DNA of 64,000 bases from a virus. The stretch lies in IMG/VR virus record IMGVR_UViG_3300023174_000065, one strand, 5' to 3'. Below the pieces are notes generated by a model. The model did no database searches. It was not told the origin of the DNA and saw only the letters and a list, made by a program, of their open reading frames with translations. Of the stretch, positions 1 through 11,194 are shown piece after piece. Each line of letters begins with the position of its first letter. Position 1 is the first letter of the stretch. The translations under genes were made by a program, and so were the position numbers.

Positions 1-2
1 GA

Positions 3-3000
3 ATAGCAAATATATCCTTCACTGCAACAAACACTAGCAGTATTATTCTTAACACAGTTGGTAATTTGATTATCTCCTCTGGAGGAGATGATACCGATAT
101 AGTGATGCGAAATAATCTATCAGTTGAAGGTAATATTCATGCTGTTGGAAATATTACTGCCGGTGGAAACGTCCAAATTGGCAATGGCTCAGGTTCAGAT
201 GTTGTTGGAATTTTTGCAAATGTCATATCGGATATTGTTCCTCAAACAGACAATGAATATAATATAGGATCTGAACAGCAGTCATGGGCTACCGCATACG
301 TTAACTCACTCATAGCAAGTAAGCTAGTGAGTCCAGCTGGCCAAGAAATTAATATCGGAATGCCGCTAAAGCAAGATGTTAATATAACCGATATTACAAA
401 TCCTACTATAAATTTAAATGGTCCTGTTAGAATTTGGGGAGATAATCCACTAGGAACTGCTCCTATAACTAGTAATGTTCTCTATGTTACTATGGATGGA
501 AGCGATACGAATGATGGTCGCGCCCAAGATCCATCTCGTGCATGTAGAACAATTACTGGAGCACTCAGGAGTCCATTTTATCAACCTGGCACAAGTATTA
601 AAGTTGCTGCTGGTAGATATTATGAAAATAATCCACTTGAATTAAAACCATATACATCCGTTATTGGAAGCGATCTTAGAACAACAGTAATTGAACCAAT
701 AAACAAAACACAAGATTTGTTTCATGTTCAATCTGGGTGTTATCTAGCACAAATGTTGTTTGCAAATGGTCAAAGTGGATTGCTTCCAGGACCAGGATAT
801 AAGCCAGGAACAAATCGCGGAGCATATGCTACTGCATTTCCTCCTAACTATAGCTCACAAAAGATTGATCTTTATCATTCGCCATATATACAGAATTGTA
901 CTAACCAAAGTGGACCTTGGTTACAAGATGGCACAATGTTTCTGCCAAATCAGACCGTGCAAATTCCACAGGCTGTTGGAACAGCAACCTGGATAGTTAA
1001 TACAACTACACTGAGAGTCGTATTAAGTGAAGGTACCTTGTCTGTTGGTCAGAGTATTAATGCTGGACCGACTCCTCAAAGTCATATTAATGCTAGAACA
1101 CTTCTTCTTGCTAATAAGCCATTTATTCAAGAACAAGTTATTGCATATATAGGTGTTAATTATCCTACTTTTGTTTATAATAAAGCAACATATCGTAGAG
1201 ATATTGGAGTAATTGTTGAAAATATTGCTTATGATGCTGCATTTGGTGGAAATGAAAAATCTGTTGAAGGTGGATTGTTATATTGGGACGGTGTTACTAG
1301 TGTAATTGCAGATGGAATTACACAAACTGCCAGTGCGATTAATTATATCAATACGCTATCACAATATATTATTGCAAATAATACTGCGACAAATTTATTA
1401 GGACAAGCACAGCTAGCTCCTCAGGTAATCAATTACAATTTAACAGGTGGTTCTTCTGCTGGCTCGGTTATTACAAATCTAATAGGAATAATTTCAACAG
1501 TAGTTCAAAGTGGTCCATCTAGTGCTCCGCAAATTCAAGCTGGTAACGGTCCAGACTGGGGATCAGTGTCGGCAGAAGTATTATTACAATCAAATAGATC
1601 GTTTATACAAAACGAAGTTGTGAGTTATGTTAATTCTACATATCCAGATTTTGTGTACAGAGAAGATTTGTGCTATAGAGATACGGGATTAATAATTGAT
1701 GCTATTAGTCAGGACATTATTCTTAACGCGAACGCCAAGACAATTGAAGCCGGCAAAACATATTGGACTGGTAATATTAGTGCTGTTACTGGACAGATAA
1801 CAGAAACAGTTAATGCTCTCTCTCGCGCAAAAGATATAAGTCTGCAAATTGTCAATAATACAACAGTAACTACTACTGCATTTACATTTAATTCTACTAA
1901 ATGTGCTCGTGATACTGGCCTAATTGTTGATGCAATTGCACAAGATCTTTTATTTGGAGGCAACAGTCAATCAACATTTGCAGGAATTCAATATTGGAAT
2001 CATGGTGACTATGTTGGAGAAATTGGCAACGAGATAACCACTACCACCAATGCCATCAAATATATAAGTAGCCTGACACAGCGAATTATTTTGAATCAAC
2101 TAGTTACTCCTCTGCAAAATGTTGTTTCTCAAGTTACTGCGACTTCTACTGCAACGGCAGCTGAAGTCACTATCATACGAAACGAATTCAACATTATCAC
2201 TGATATTTTGACTAGTGGAACGGTTGGAGTGACTAATTTAATTGTTCCAAATAGATTGACACCTAGTACAACAGCATCCGTTATTACTGCATATGATTTG
2301 ATACAAAACAATGTTAATTTTCTAAAAGAAGAAGCAATTGCTTGGGTAGAACAAAATAAAAATTTCAGATATACTACTGCAACTTGTGCAAGAGATGTTG
2401 GATTGATTGTTGATAGTATTGTTCTTGATCTCAACTTCCCTACAACCGCTTTAAGTCAGTCAACATTTGCAGGATTGCAATACTGGAATCAAGGCGGATA
2501 TACTGGAGATATTGGAAGCGAAGTAACAGCTACAGTAAATGCAATATCTCATCTATCAGAAATTGCTAGTTATGTAATTGTGAATAATACCTCGAGTGGA
2601 GTGAGATACGCAGGAGTTCAACCAGTAACTAATCTTCCTGCGGCAGGAGCATCAGAACAATCGTTCCTGACCAAAGAATTTACTACAATCACAAACATAA
2701 TTCTAAATGGAACAACAGGCACAACAGATCAAATTATTTCAAACGGAATCGTTGCATCTTCTAGCTCTACTGTAAACAATGCATATAATATTCTTCAAGC
2801 AAATAAAGCATATTTACAAGCAGAAACTGTTGCATATGTTGAAGCAACTAAGTCACCTGGATTTGTTTATAATACATCCACTTGCTACAGAGATGTGGGA
2901 TATATGATCGACTCGGTAAGTTTTGATCTTCTTTATGGTGGAAATAGACAAGCAATTCAAAGCGGAGTATATTATTATAGTTTCAACGGTAGTACTGCTG

Positions 3001-6000
3001 TTCCAAATGAAATCGAACAGGTAATATCTGCCTATAAATTTATTCTTGGGTTAAGTAGCAGTATTATCAGAAATGATCCAGTTAATGCTCTGCAAACAAC
3101 AGTTGATCAAGTTTACACTACTACATCATCAAATATTACAGTGTTCGATGATATCGATGAAATAGTAACACGAATTACTGATATCATTGAGTATGGTCCT
3201 GGAGTTGTTGATGTAAAGCAGCCTATCAGTTTGACTAAAACTAACGAAATAATGAAGGAATATGCTGCTAAAAATCTTCTTGCAAATAAAGATTTTATTA
3301 AAGCAGAAACAATTGCTTATATTGACAAATATCTAGTATTTCAGTATGATCCTGAAACTTGCAGAAGAGACGTTGGATATATTCTAAATTCAGTTAGTTT
3401 TGACCTTCTTTATGGTGGAAACAGACAGGCAATTCAAAGTGGAGTTTACTATTGGGGATACAGTAATGTAAGTACTGCATTACCTAAAGAGCGTTCTGCC
3501 ACCACACTTGCATATCAATACATGAAAAGATTGATGTCAGATATCGTTGTTAATAATAGAATAAGTACAACTTACCAAACATCATCAACTCAGGTAACTG
3601 GACTTTCTCCTGCAACACAAATAGAAGTTGATGCCATTTCTGTGAATATTGACAAAATTGTCAATATCATTAACAGAGGTCCACAAACAGCTGGTGCCAA
3701 AACTCCAATTGGACTAGTTAGAAGCAACAATGTTTTTGTTCAAAATGCTGCTAATTTTCTGTCTGCTAACAGGGATTTTATTCAAAAAGAAGTTAACGCC
3801 TTTGTTAGTGAAATGCTGGTAAACAATGCTCAGGTATTTTTACCATTCTATTCTAAGGGATCACAAGCAACTCTATCAATAACTAGAAACTTTAATATTA
3901 TTTCAGACATAATTGAAAAGGGACCAGGAGTTGCTCCAATAATATCACAAGGAAATGGCATTTTTATTAAAACTGGCCTAAGTCCTGACGATATTAAAAT
4001 TGCACCAGTTATTACTAATATAACAACTATAACTACTGGAGTATATCAAGTAGACATCAGCCAAAGTACCATTGGCTTTGGTGATAGTACTGTTCTATAT
4101 TTTGGAGAAACTGCTGTATTTCCTCTACTTGACAACGATGTTCCTGATAGATGGCAACAGCGTAGAATTAATCCAATTGGGTCAATGGGTGGAAGTCTTG
4201 TTGACGGTAAAGTAATATCAGACAGAAGTCCGATTAAGTCATTTGTTTATGATGCGTATACTCAAGTGAATCAGGGCGGCCGAGGCGTTCACGTTATTAA
4301 CAATGGATACGCTCAGTTAGTTTCTGTGTTTACTATTTTCTGTAGTGATGCAGTGACCGTTGAGAATGGTGGTATCTGTTCAATAACTAACTCCAATAGT
4401 AACTTTGGTGATATATGTTTGGCAGCTAAGGGATATGGATTTAGAGAATTCTCTGGATATATCAAGAATCCGCCGGTTCTGCCTTATTTTCCTAATGGAT
4501 TTTATCCTCAAAGAGGAACAGTGCAGGTTTATATTGCTGACCCAAGACTGCGCCCACATATTGCGCTAGTTATGGAAGTTGAACCTCCTGCTGATTTTGT
4601 TAATAATCAAGGACTTCCTGGATTCTTATCAGGAAACACTAGTATAGCTACATTGACAACTGGAACTATTACAATCTCTGGAATTGATAATACCGGAATG
4701 GTAATTGGACAGAAAGTATTTGTAAGAGATCAGTTTGGCAGAACATACGATAGTAATGGTGAACCTTATATAGTACCAGGCACACTTGTTGCAGATGTTT
4801 CTTACCAAAGTGTTACTTTAAATTATCCATTAAATTCAGGGGGCGGCGATCCTAATAACTCAAACTATTTTAGTTTATACACTTGCGGCAATGCTTATTA
4901 TACAGTTCTATCAAGTACGGTTGCGGAAGATAAATTTAGCAGCAATCGTGTTCTTAAAGCATATAACTTACTACAGGCCAATAGAACATTCTTACAACAA
5001 GAAACAGTTGCATTCGTTGAGGCAACTAAGACGTTGGGATTCTCATATAATACATCAACATGTTATCGAGATGTTGGATATATTGTTGATTCAATAAGTT
5101 TTGATTTATTGTACGGAGGAAATAGGCAAGCTACACAAAGTGGTGTATATTACTACAATTTTGCAGGATCTACATCTATACCTGGAGAAACAACTGCAAC
5201 TGTCGCTGCATTTAATTATATTGGAACACTATCGAATAAAATTATTCAAGGAACAACGATTACACCATTGCAAACGGTTATTCCTCAATTTAAAAATGGA
5301 AATTATGGCACAATTAGTGAGGCAAACAGTGTTACAAATAATATTAGTATTATAAACGATATTATTATAAATGGACCAGCTGGTTATGCAAAAACTCCGA
5401 TAAGTTTAAATAGATCAACTAATCCTAATGTGCTAAATGCTGCTAGGATTTTAAGCGCAAATAGGTCATTCATTCAAGCGGAAGTAATAAAGTTTGTTTC
5501 AAATAATTATCCGCTGTTGTCGTATACCACTGCCACTTGTAGAAGAGATACAGGTTTAATTGTTGACTCATTGGTTCAAGACTTGTTATACTCAACATCA
5601 AGTCAGTCAACATTCTCAGGTATGCAATATTGGAATCAAACCGGTTATACTGGCGGTATTGCCAGTGAGATTACTACTACTACCGCTGCGATAAGCTATT
5701 TAAAGAGTATTGCTGAAAATGTTGTACAAGGTATTGTGTCTCCTGGATATTCGACTGGCACACAGGTAACGAATCTTCCTTATTCTACTGAAATTGAAGC
5801 AAAAACAATAGGTTCAGACTTTGATGTAATTCTAAACATTTTAAATAATGGAACAGCGGGTGTTTCTGACGCAATTATTCCAAATAGTATAGATCCAATT
5901 GGCGCAGGATATTCACTGTTGCCAAGTCCTCAAAATGTCGAAGAACTATATAGTTTACAGTATCTAAGTACAATCACCCAATATATTGTTGCAAATACAA

Positions 6001-7709
6001 CAGTTACTAATAAGTACGGCAAGGCTGCGCAAATTTTTGATAATAGTCTTGTGGGTGGAAGTAGCGCAACTACATTTATTACTGATAGACTTGCTCTTAT
6101 AGGAAGTATAATTGTAAATGGTCCTGATAGTGCTCCTGCTATTACAAGAACAGGAGTTCTTCCATCTGGAGCAGCTTCCGCCGCTAGCTTACTTAATAAA
6201 AATAGAGCATTTATCCAAGATGAAGTAGTATCATTTGTTAATATAACAAATTATGGATTTACCTATAGTGAAGACAAGTGCTCAAGAGACTCTGGCTTAA
6301 TTGTTGATGCGATTGCGCAAGATATACTATTCAGTACTAGTAGTCAATCGACATTTGCAGGATTACAATATTGGAATCAAGGTGGTTATTCAGGAACTCT
6401 TCCTTCTGAAATTAATACAACTACATCTGCAATTCGTTATATTAGTAGTTTGACTCAGCAAATTATACTATCAACCACTGGAACAAGATACCAAAGTGTA
6501 AGTTCACAGGTTACTAGTGGCAATATAGGAAGTAACTTAGAAGTATATAAGGTAAAAACGGAATTTAACACAATTGTTGACATTCTTGTAAATGGTACAG
6601 CTAGTGTATCGGACATAATTCAACCAAATAGCTTAACTTCAAGTACTAATGTAAATGTCATTAATGCCTATAATTTGCTACAGTCAAACAAAAATTATAT
6701 TAAAGACGAGTTTATTGCATATATTAATTCTACAACGGTTGGATTTTCATATAACGAGGCCAACTATCGTAGAGATATTGGATATATTGTTGATTCTGTG
6801 AGTTTTGATATACTATATGGAGGTAACCGCCAAGCTGTTCAAAGTGGTGTATACTATTACAGTTATAATACAAGTTCGTCTGCAATTTCAAATTATGAAA
6901 TAACTCCTACGATAGATGCATATAATTACATCAATTCTTTGACAACAAAGATTATATTAGGACAGGCGATTACTCCTAAACAAACCAAGGTTGCTCGTGT
7001 ATTTTCTACAACTGCAACATCTGTGGAATCAAATCTTGCTCAAACTAATCTGAATCTGATTAAAACTATAATACAAGATGGTCCTACTGGATATGCGAAC
7101 ACTCCTATTTCTTTAACAAGAAGTACCAGTACTAATAAAATCGCAGCAGCTACTATTTTACAAGATAATAGAAAGTTTATTCAAGCAGAAGTGATTGCAT
7201 ATATTAATAACAAGTATCTTCCATATAATCAAACAAAATGTAGAAGAGATGTTGGATTTATTGTAGATGCTATAATTTACGATCTAGATAAGGGTGGAAA
7301 TTATAATAGTGTTATTGCCGGAAAGAGTTATTTTGCTACAAGTGGTACGTATCATGTAGTGTCTCTTGAGGAAAATATTACAGATCCAGCATTGTTCCCG
7401 GATGATGCAATTGTAACTTTCTACCAAAGAAGTTATATGTCTGCAAGTGGTTATTTGTTTGAATATGTTGGCGCCGGAACAAATTACGGATCTCTACCAC
7501 AGGTAGGCAGAGCAGATCCTGTACAAAGTAAAGAAGTAGTTCAGTTAAATAATGGTAAAGTATTCTTTACTTCTACTGACCAAAACGGAGATTTTAGAAT
7601 TGGACCAGGATTAGTAATTAGTCAGGCAACCGGTGTATTGTCAGGTAGAACCTTTACAAAATCACTATTTGCTAATCTAACACCATTCATCTTAGCAATT
7701 GAAGGATAA
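3..7709 (+). CDS. Giant virion structural protein (5'-partial): pectin-lyase-like beta-helix scaffold interrupted by tandem helical repeats with a phycobiliprotein-like CxRD motif
   Basis: The frame is open from position 3, so the TTG at 66 is probably not the real start. N-terminal 'VLYVTMDGSDTNDGRAQDPSRACRTI' and C-terminal 'GKVFFTSTDQNGDFRIG' are typical of large T4-like/cyanophage virion proteins. There are 11 [C/Y]xRD[VTIS]G repeats. Confidence 0.75.
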   Translation: MANISFTATNTSSIILNTVGNLIISSGGDDTDIVMRNNLSVEGNIHAVGNITAGGNVQIGNGSGSDVVGIFANVISDIVPQTDNEYNIGSEQQSWATAYVNSLIASKLVSPAGQEINIGMPLKQDVNITDITNPTINLNGPVRIWGDNPLGTAPITSNVLYVTMDGSDTNDGRAQDPSRACRTITGALRSPFYQPGTSIKVAAGRYYENNPLELKPYTSVIGSDLRTTVIEPINKTQDLFHVQSGCYLAQMLFANGQSGLLPGPGYKPGTNRGAYATAFPPNYSSQKIDLYHSPYIQNCTNQSGPWLQDGTMFLPNQTVQIPQAVGTATWIVNTTTLRVVLSEGTLSVGQSINAGPTPQSHINARTLLLANKPFIQEQVIAYIGVNYPTFVYNKATYRRDIGVIVENIAYDAAFGGNEKSVEGGLLYWDGVTSVIADGITQTASAINYINTLSQYIIANNTATNLLGQAQLAPQVINYNLTGGSSAGSVITNLIGIISTVVQSGPSSAPQIQAGNGPDWGSVSAEVLLQSNRSFIQNEVVSYVNSTYPDFVYREDLCYRDTGLIIDAISQDIILNANAKTIEAGKTYWTGNISAVTGQITETVNALSRAKDISLQIVNNTTVTTTAFTFNSTKCARDTGLIVDAIAQDLLFGGNSQSTFAGIQYWNHGDYVGEIGNEITTTTNAIKYISSLTQRIILNQLVTPLQNVVSQVTATSTATAAEVTIIRNEFNIITDILTSGTVGVTNLIVPNRLTPSTTASVITAYDLIQNNVNFLKEEAIAWVEQNKNFRYTTATCARDVGLIVDSIVLDLNFPTTALSQSTFAGLQYWNQGGYTGDIGSEVTATVNAISHLSEIASYVIVNNTSSGVRYAGVQPVTNLPAAGASEQSFLTKEFTTITNIILNGTTGTTDQIISNGIVASSSSTVNNAYNILQANKAYLQAETVAYVEATKSPGFVYNTSTCYRDVGYMIDSVSFDLLYGGNRQAIQSGVYYYSFNGSTAVPNEIEQVISAYKFILGLSSSIIRNDPVNALQTTVDQVYTTTSSNITVFDDIDEIVTRITDIIEYGPGVVDVKQPISLTKTNEIMKEYAAKNLLANKDFIKAETIAYIDKYLVFQYDPETCRRDVGYILNSVSFDLLYGGNRQAIQSGVYYWGYSNVSTALPKERSATTLAYQYMKRLMSDIVVNNRISTTYQTSSTQVTGLSPATQIEVDAISVNIDKIVNIINRGPQTAGAKTPIGLVRSNNVFVQNAANFLSANRDFIQKEVNAFVSEMLVNNAQVFLPFYSKGSQATLSITRNFNIISDIIEKGPGVAPIISQGNGIFIKTGLSPDDIKIAPVITNITTITTGVYQVDISQSTIGFGDSTVLYFGETAVFPLLDNDVPDRWQQRRINPIGSMGGSLVDGKVISDRSPIKSFVYDAYTQVNQGGRGVHVINNGYAQLVSVFTIFCSDAVTVENGGICSITNSNSNFGDICLAAKGYGFREFSGYIKNPPVLPYFPNGFYPQRGTVQVYIADPRLRPHIALVMEVEPPADFVNNQGLPGFLSGNTSIATLTTGTITISGIDNTGMVIGQKVFVRDQFGRTYDSNGEPYIVPGTLVADVSYQSVTLNYPLNSGGGDPNNSNYFSLYTCGNAYYTVLSSTVAEDKFSSNRVLKAYNLLQANRTFLQQETVAFVEATKTLGFSYNTSTCYRDVGYIVDSISFDLLYGGNRQATQSGVYYYNFAGSTSIPGETTATVAAFNYIGTLSNKIIQGTTITPLQTVIPQFKNGNYGTISEANSVTNNISIINDIIINGPAGYAKTPISLNRSTNPNVLNAARILSANRSFIQAEVIKFVSNNYPLLSYTTATCRRDTGLIVDSLVQDLLYSTSSQSTFSGMQYWNQTGYTGGIASEITTTTAAISYLKSIAENVVQGIVSPGYSTGTQVTNLPYSTEIEAKTIGSDFDVILNILNNGTAGVSDAIIPNSIDPIGAGYSLLPSPQNVEELYSLQYLSTITQYIVANTTVTNKYGKAAQIFDNSLVGGSSATTFITDRLALIGSIIVNGPDSAPAITRTGVLPSGAASAASLLNKNRAFIQDEVVSFVNITNYGFTYSEDKCSRDSGLIVDAIAQDILFSTSSQSTFAGLQYWNQGGYSGTLPSEINTTTSAIRYISSLTQQIILSTTGTRYQSVSSQVTSGNIGSNLEVYKVKTEFNTIVDILVNGTASVSDIIQPNSLTSSTNVNVINAYNLLQSNKNYIKDEFIAYINSTTVGFSYNEANYRRDIGYIVDSVSFDILYGGNRQAVQSGVYYYSYNTSSSAISNYEITPTIDAYNYINSLTTKIILGQAITPKQTKVARVFSTTATSVESNLAQTNLNLIKTIIQDGPTGYANTPISLTRSTSTNKIAAATILQDNRKFIQAEVIAYINNKYLPYNQTKCRRDVGFIVDAIIYDLDKGGNYNSVIAGKSYFATSGTYHVVSLEENITDPALFPDDAIVTFYQRSYMSASGYLFEYVGAGTNYGSLPQVGRADPVQSKEVVQLNNGKVFFTSTDQNGDFRIGPGLVISQATGVLSGRTFTKSLFANLTPFILAIEG
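1085..7340 (+). repeat. Intragenic ~110-165 aa helical repeats, 11 copies in two clusters (approximately 1085-3900 and 4950-7340)
   Basis: Recurrent pattern 'AxxLLxxNxxFIxxExxA(Y/F)...Y...CxRDxGxIVDxxxxDLLYGGN...G(V/L)xY(Y/W)' in the translation. Confidence 0.85.
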
Positions 7710-7714
7710 AACAA

Positions 7715-8101
7715 ATGGCACTATTACCGTTAAACACGTTTAAAACCAAAACATCAATACTAACTACAAATTCATCTACGAGAGTATATACTGCTCCAGT
7801 AGGGGTTACGGCAATTGTGCTTATGGCAAATGCATCTAATATTGATGCTGATAATACACATTTGATTACCTTTTCTCATTATAGAAATTTGCCTGTTTTG
7901 CCAGATACACAAGGAAATGGAGGACAGAGCGGCAACGTAATAACTGAGCAAGTAAAAGATTTTCCAATACCAACTAATAATGCAGCCACATTGTTGTCCG
8001 GTAAGTTAATTGTTGAAAGTTTGGACAGTGTTATTGCATATGCAGATGCACCGGGAGTTATTAAATTAACTCTCAGTGTTCTAGAGACGGCTAACCAGTA
8101 A
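7715..8101 (+). CDS. Conserved small virion-associated protein
   Basis: 128 aa, tightly packed between structural genes; 'VYTAPVGVTAIVLMA...LTLSVLETAN' pattern seen in T4-like phage structural modules. Confidence 0.6.
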   Translation: MALLPLNTFKTKTSILTTNSSTRVYTAPVGVTAIVLMANASNIDADNTHLITFSHYRNLPVLPDTQGNGGQSGNVITEQVKDFPIPTNNAATLLSGKLIVESLDSVIAYADAPGVIKLTLSVLETANQ

Positions 8102-8102
8102 G

Positions 8103-11100
8103 ATGCCTACGCTATTAAACAACTCAAAAGGATTAGTGGGTACTTCTGGCACCGGTACCTTCTTTATTACCCTCGAAACGGCCCAGCCGCTATTGGGACG
8201 TACTCCTAGTACTGAGACTGGATTTACATTAGTAACAGGTCCCGCTGGTCTTTTGGTGTTTACTAGTACCATAGGACAAGTATATTTTGCTGACAGTACC
8301 ATAACTTCTGCTAGACAAAATGGTATATTGACCATTACTTCGGTTGGAACTGGTACGGTTAACATTACAGGAAACTCATATTTTGACGGCCAACGAGTAA
8401 CAAGTAATGTTGCAAACATCACTGAAGCCAACTTAACTAAGTTAAATGTACTAAGCACTGCTAGTTTCTATGGACCAGTGCAATATTATAATACTGTTAC
8501 ATATGTTACTAGTCAAAATACGCAGTACACTGATAGTATTGTTGAATTACATGTGGCGAATACTGCATCAGTTGATACTTTATGGACCACTGATGATGCT
8601 AAGAATATTGGATTTAGATTCCATTATTATAAAGGAGTCTATCCAGATGGTACTGGCACACAAGGCGCATTAATTTTAAATAGTGTTACTGAGGATCTTG
8701 AATGGTGGAGTGATGTAACCACCGGAACTAGTTTCACCGGAGTTACTTATGGAAAATTTAGAACTGGATCAATTCATTTAACTAGTTCAACAAATGCAGT
8801 TTCTACAACTACTGGTGCATTTACTGTTACAGGTGGTATTGGAATTGGCAAAGACATATATGCTGGTGGTAATGTAAAAATATTAGGAACTGCTACTAAT
8901 TATTTTGTAGGTCCTATTAGTATTGGCACACAGTCTAATAATGATCAGATTCACATTAAAAATTCTACTGCAGGAATTAGACTAGAAAGTACTACAACAA
9001 ATTATGCAAGATTTAGAACTGATTCCAGTGGCTCGGTATATCTTGATGCCAATCAGTCTGCAAGTGCGGTTCCAAGTATTATTGCGTTTACTAATAAAAA
9101 TGTAGAAGTCGCAAGATTTAATAGCCTAAATTATCTTGGAATTAATAACACTGATCCTCAATATAGATTAGATGTTAACGGACCTACTAGATTTACAAGC
9201 GCCACTCTTTTTACTTCTAATATTGATAGCAATTCCACTGGATCTGGCGCAGTAATTATAACAGGTGGATTAGGTGTAGGTAGTCAACTTACTGCTAACA
9301 CTGTTGCAACAACCTATCTTACTGGAGATAACAATTCCGATATTACAGTACGAGCAACAGGATCTCTGATTTTAACATCTCCTACTAAATTGGCAGTCAA
9401 TAGTACACTTGATAGTACTGGCACAGATAACGGTTCAGTTGTTATAAAAGGCGGAGTTGGTATTGCTAAAAAACTTTATGTTGGCAATTTAATTTATAGC
9501 CAGGGAAATGAAGTTTTAACTACCGCCACTAGTTTAAATTTTGGTGTTTCTCAGTTAACGGCAGGCACCGATACTGCGGTGTCAACCTCCACTGGTATAG
9601 TAACAGTATGGAATACTAGCACACTCCAAACAATAACTGGTAGAGGTAATTCAACTACTAATACGATTATTATTGCAAATACAGCATCATCTACTTCTAC
9701 CAATACTGGTGCGTTAACCGTTGCAGGTGGCGTGGGAGTTGGTGGTGCAATTAATGCAAAAACTATATACGAAGATTTGGCAAGAGTTGTTAGTACAGCA
9801 ACTATTAAGAATTATGCAGTTACTACTGCCACTGCTGGAACTGATACATCGGTTTCTCTTGATACATTGACCGGCAATCTAACAATTTGGAATATTAGTA
9901 CACTCCAAACAGTAACGGGTAGAGGCAATTCAACCACTAATACAATTAGTATTACAAATACTGCATCATCAACTTCTACTAATACTGGCGCATTAACAGT
10001 TGCCGGCGGCGTTGGTATTAGCGACAGTTTGTATGTAGGAAATTATATTGCTGTTAAAAATATTACTTCTTTTCCTACTAACTCTAATATTAATATTGAT
10101 CCTGACGGCACTGGAAGTGTAGTTTTTACTACCTCTACCCAAGTGTATGTAAACAGCAATGTTGCTAGTACAACAACTAATTCTGGTGCATTGATAGTCA
10201 CTGGCGGAGTAGGTGTTGGTGGAACTATTTCAAATCGTGGATTAATTGTTGTAAGCACTAATACAGTTGTTGGATCAGTCTGGATAGGTGGTACATATCC
10301 GGTTGGCGGCGGATCTTTTGTGTATGATGGCGGTAGTGATGGCGTTTTTCCATTTACAAATATTGCGACAACAGCAGGTGCTTATACTGCGTTTAGAACC
10401 AATGGTCAAGTTGATCTCCTATCAATCTATAATACCGGAACAGTAATTGTTAATTCTAACACATCGGCCACAAGCACTAATTCTGGAGCATTTCAGGTTG
10501 TTGGTGGTGCAGGAATTGGACGAGATCTGTATGTAGGCGGAAAAATCGTAAGTTCAGGCAGTAATGTTATAACTGAGGCAACAATAGCTAATTATGGCGT
10601 TTCTAAAATAAATGCTGGTACCGGTACTGCTGTTAGCACATCATCGGGTGTTGTTACAATTTGGAGCACTGCAAGTTTACAAACGGTAACTGATTATGGA
10701 AATTCAACTACAAATATTGTTATAATTAATACTACTACAAATTCAACGTCAACTAATTCTGGTGCATTACAAGTTATTGGTGGTGTTGGAATTGGCGGTA
10801 ATATGCATCTTGGTGGCAACATTGTTATGTACAATGCCGCATTGGTTCAAAAGTTATCAGGAATAGCAGTAGGAATAACATCTGCTACTATTGATACTTT
10901 CTCAATGAGTGCATATCGATCTGCAAAATATGTTGTTAGTGCAAGTAATAGTTTTGTTAATCAATATCAATCAAGTGAAATATTAGTAGTACATGATGGT
11001 ATTACTCCTTATCTGCAAAGTACATCCGTGTTCACTGGTTCAGAACCTATTGTAACATTTTATATAAATACATCAACTGGAAATGTAATTTTACAGGCAG

Positions 11101-11156
11101 TGGGAGTATATACAACAAATACTATCAAGGTTCATAAAATGTACATAGAAATTTAA
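8103..11156 (+). CDS. Tail fibre-like protein
   Basis: Thr/Ser/Gly-rich, with repeated 'STxTGALxVxGGVGxGG' motifs and a C-terminal 'IDTFSMSAYRSAKYVV...YQSSEILVVHDG' domain. Confidence 0.7.
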   Translation: MPTLLNNSKGLVGTSGTGTFFITLETAQPLLGRTPSTETGFTLVTGPAGLLVFTSTIGQVYFADSTITSARQNGILTITSVGTGTVNITGNSYFDGQRVTSNVANITEANLTKLNVLSTASFYGPVQYYNTVTYVTSQNTQYTDSIVELHVANTASVDTLWTTDDAKNIGFRFHYYKGVYPDGTGTQGALILNSVTEDLEWWSDVTTGTSFTGVTYGKFRTGSIHLTSSTNAVSTTTGAFTVTGGIGIGKDIYAGGNVKILGTATNYFVGPISIGTQSNNDQIHIKNSTAGIRLESTTTNYARFRTDSSGSVYLDANQSASAVPSIIAFTNKNVEVARFNSLNYLGINNTDPQYRLDVNGPTRFTSATLFTSNIDSNSTGSGAVIITGGLGVGSQLTANTVATTYLTGDNNSDITVRATGSLILTSPTKLAVNSTLDSTGTDNGSVVIKGGVGIAKKLYVGNLIYSQGNEVLTTATSLNFGVSQLTAGTDTAVSTSTGIVTVWNTSTLQTITGRGNSTTNTIIIANTASSTSTNTGALTVAGGVGVGGAINAKTIYEDLARVVSTATIKNYAVTTATAGTDTSVSLDTLTGNLTIWNISTLQTVTGRGNSTTNTISITNTASSTSTNTGALTVAGGVGISDSLYVGNYIAVKNITSFPTNSNINIDPDGTGSVVFTTSTQVYVNSNVASTTTNSGALIVTGGVGVGGTISNRGLIVVSTNTVVGSVWIGGTYPVGGGSFVYDGGSDGVFPFTNIATTAGAYTAFRTNGQVDLLSIYNTGTVIVNSNTSATSTNSGAFQVVGGAGIGRDLYVGGKIVSSGSNVITEATIANYGVSKINAGTGTAVSTSSGVVTIWSTASLQTVTDYGNSTTNIVIINTTTNSTSTNSGALQVIGGVGIGGNMHLGGNIVMYNAALVQKLSGIAVGITSATIDTFSMSAYRSAKYVVSASNSFVNQYQSSEILVVHDGITPYLQSTSVFTGSEPIVTFYINTSTGNVILQAVGVYTTNTIKVHKMYIEI

Positions 11157-11194
11157 AATTTCGTTAAGATTTGCTGTTAGGGAGATATGGAACT

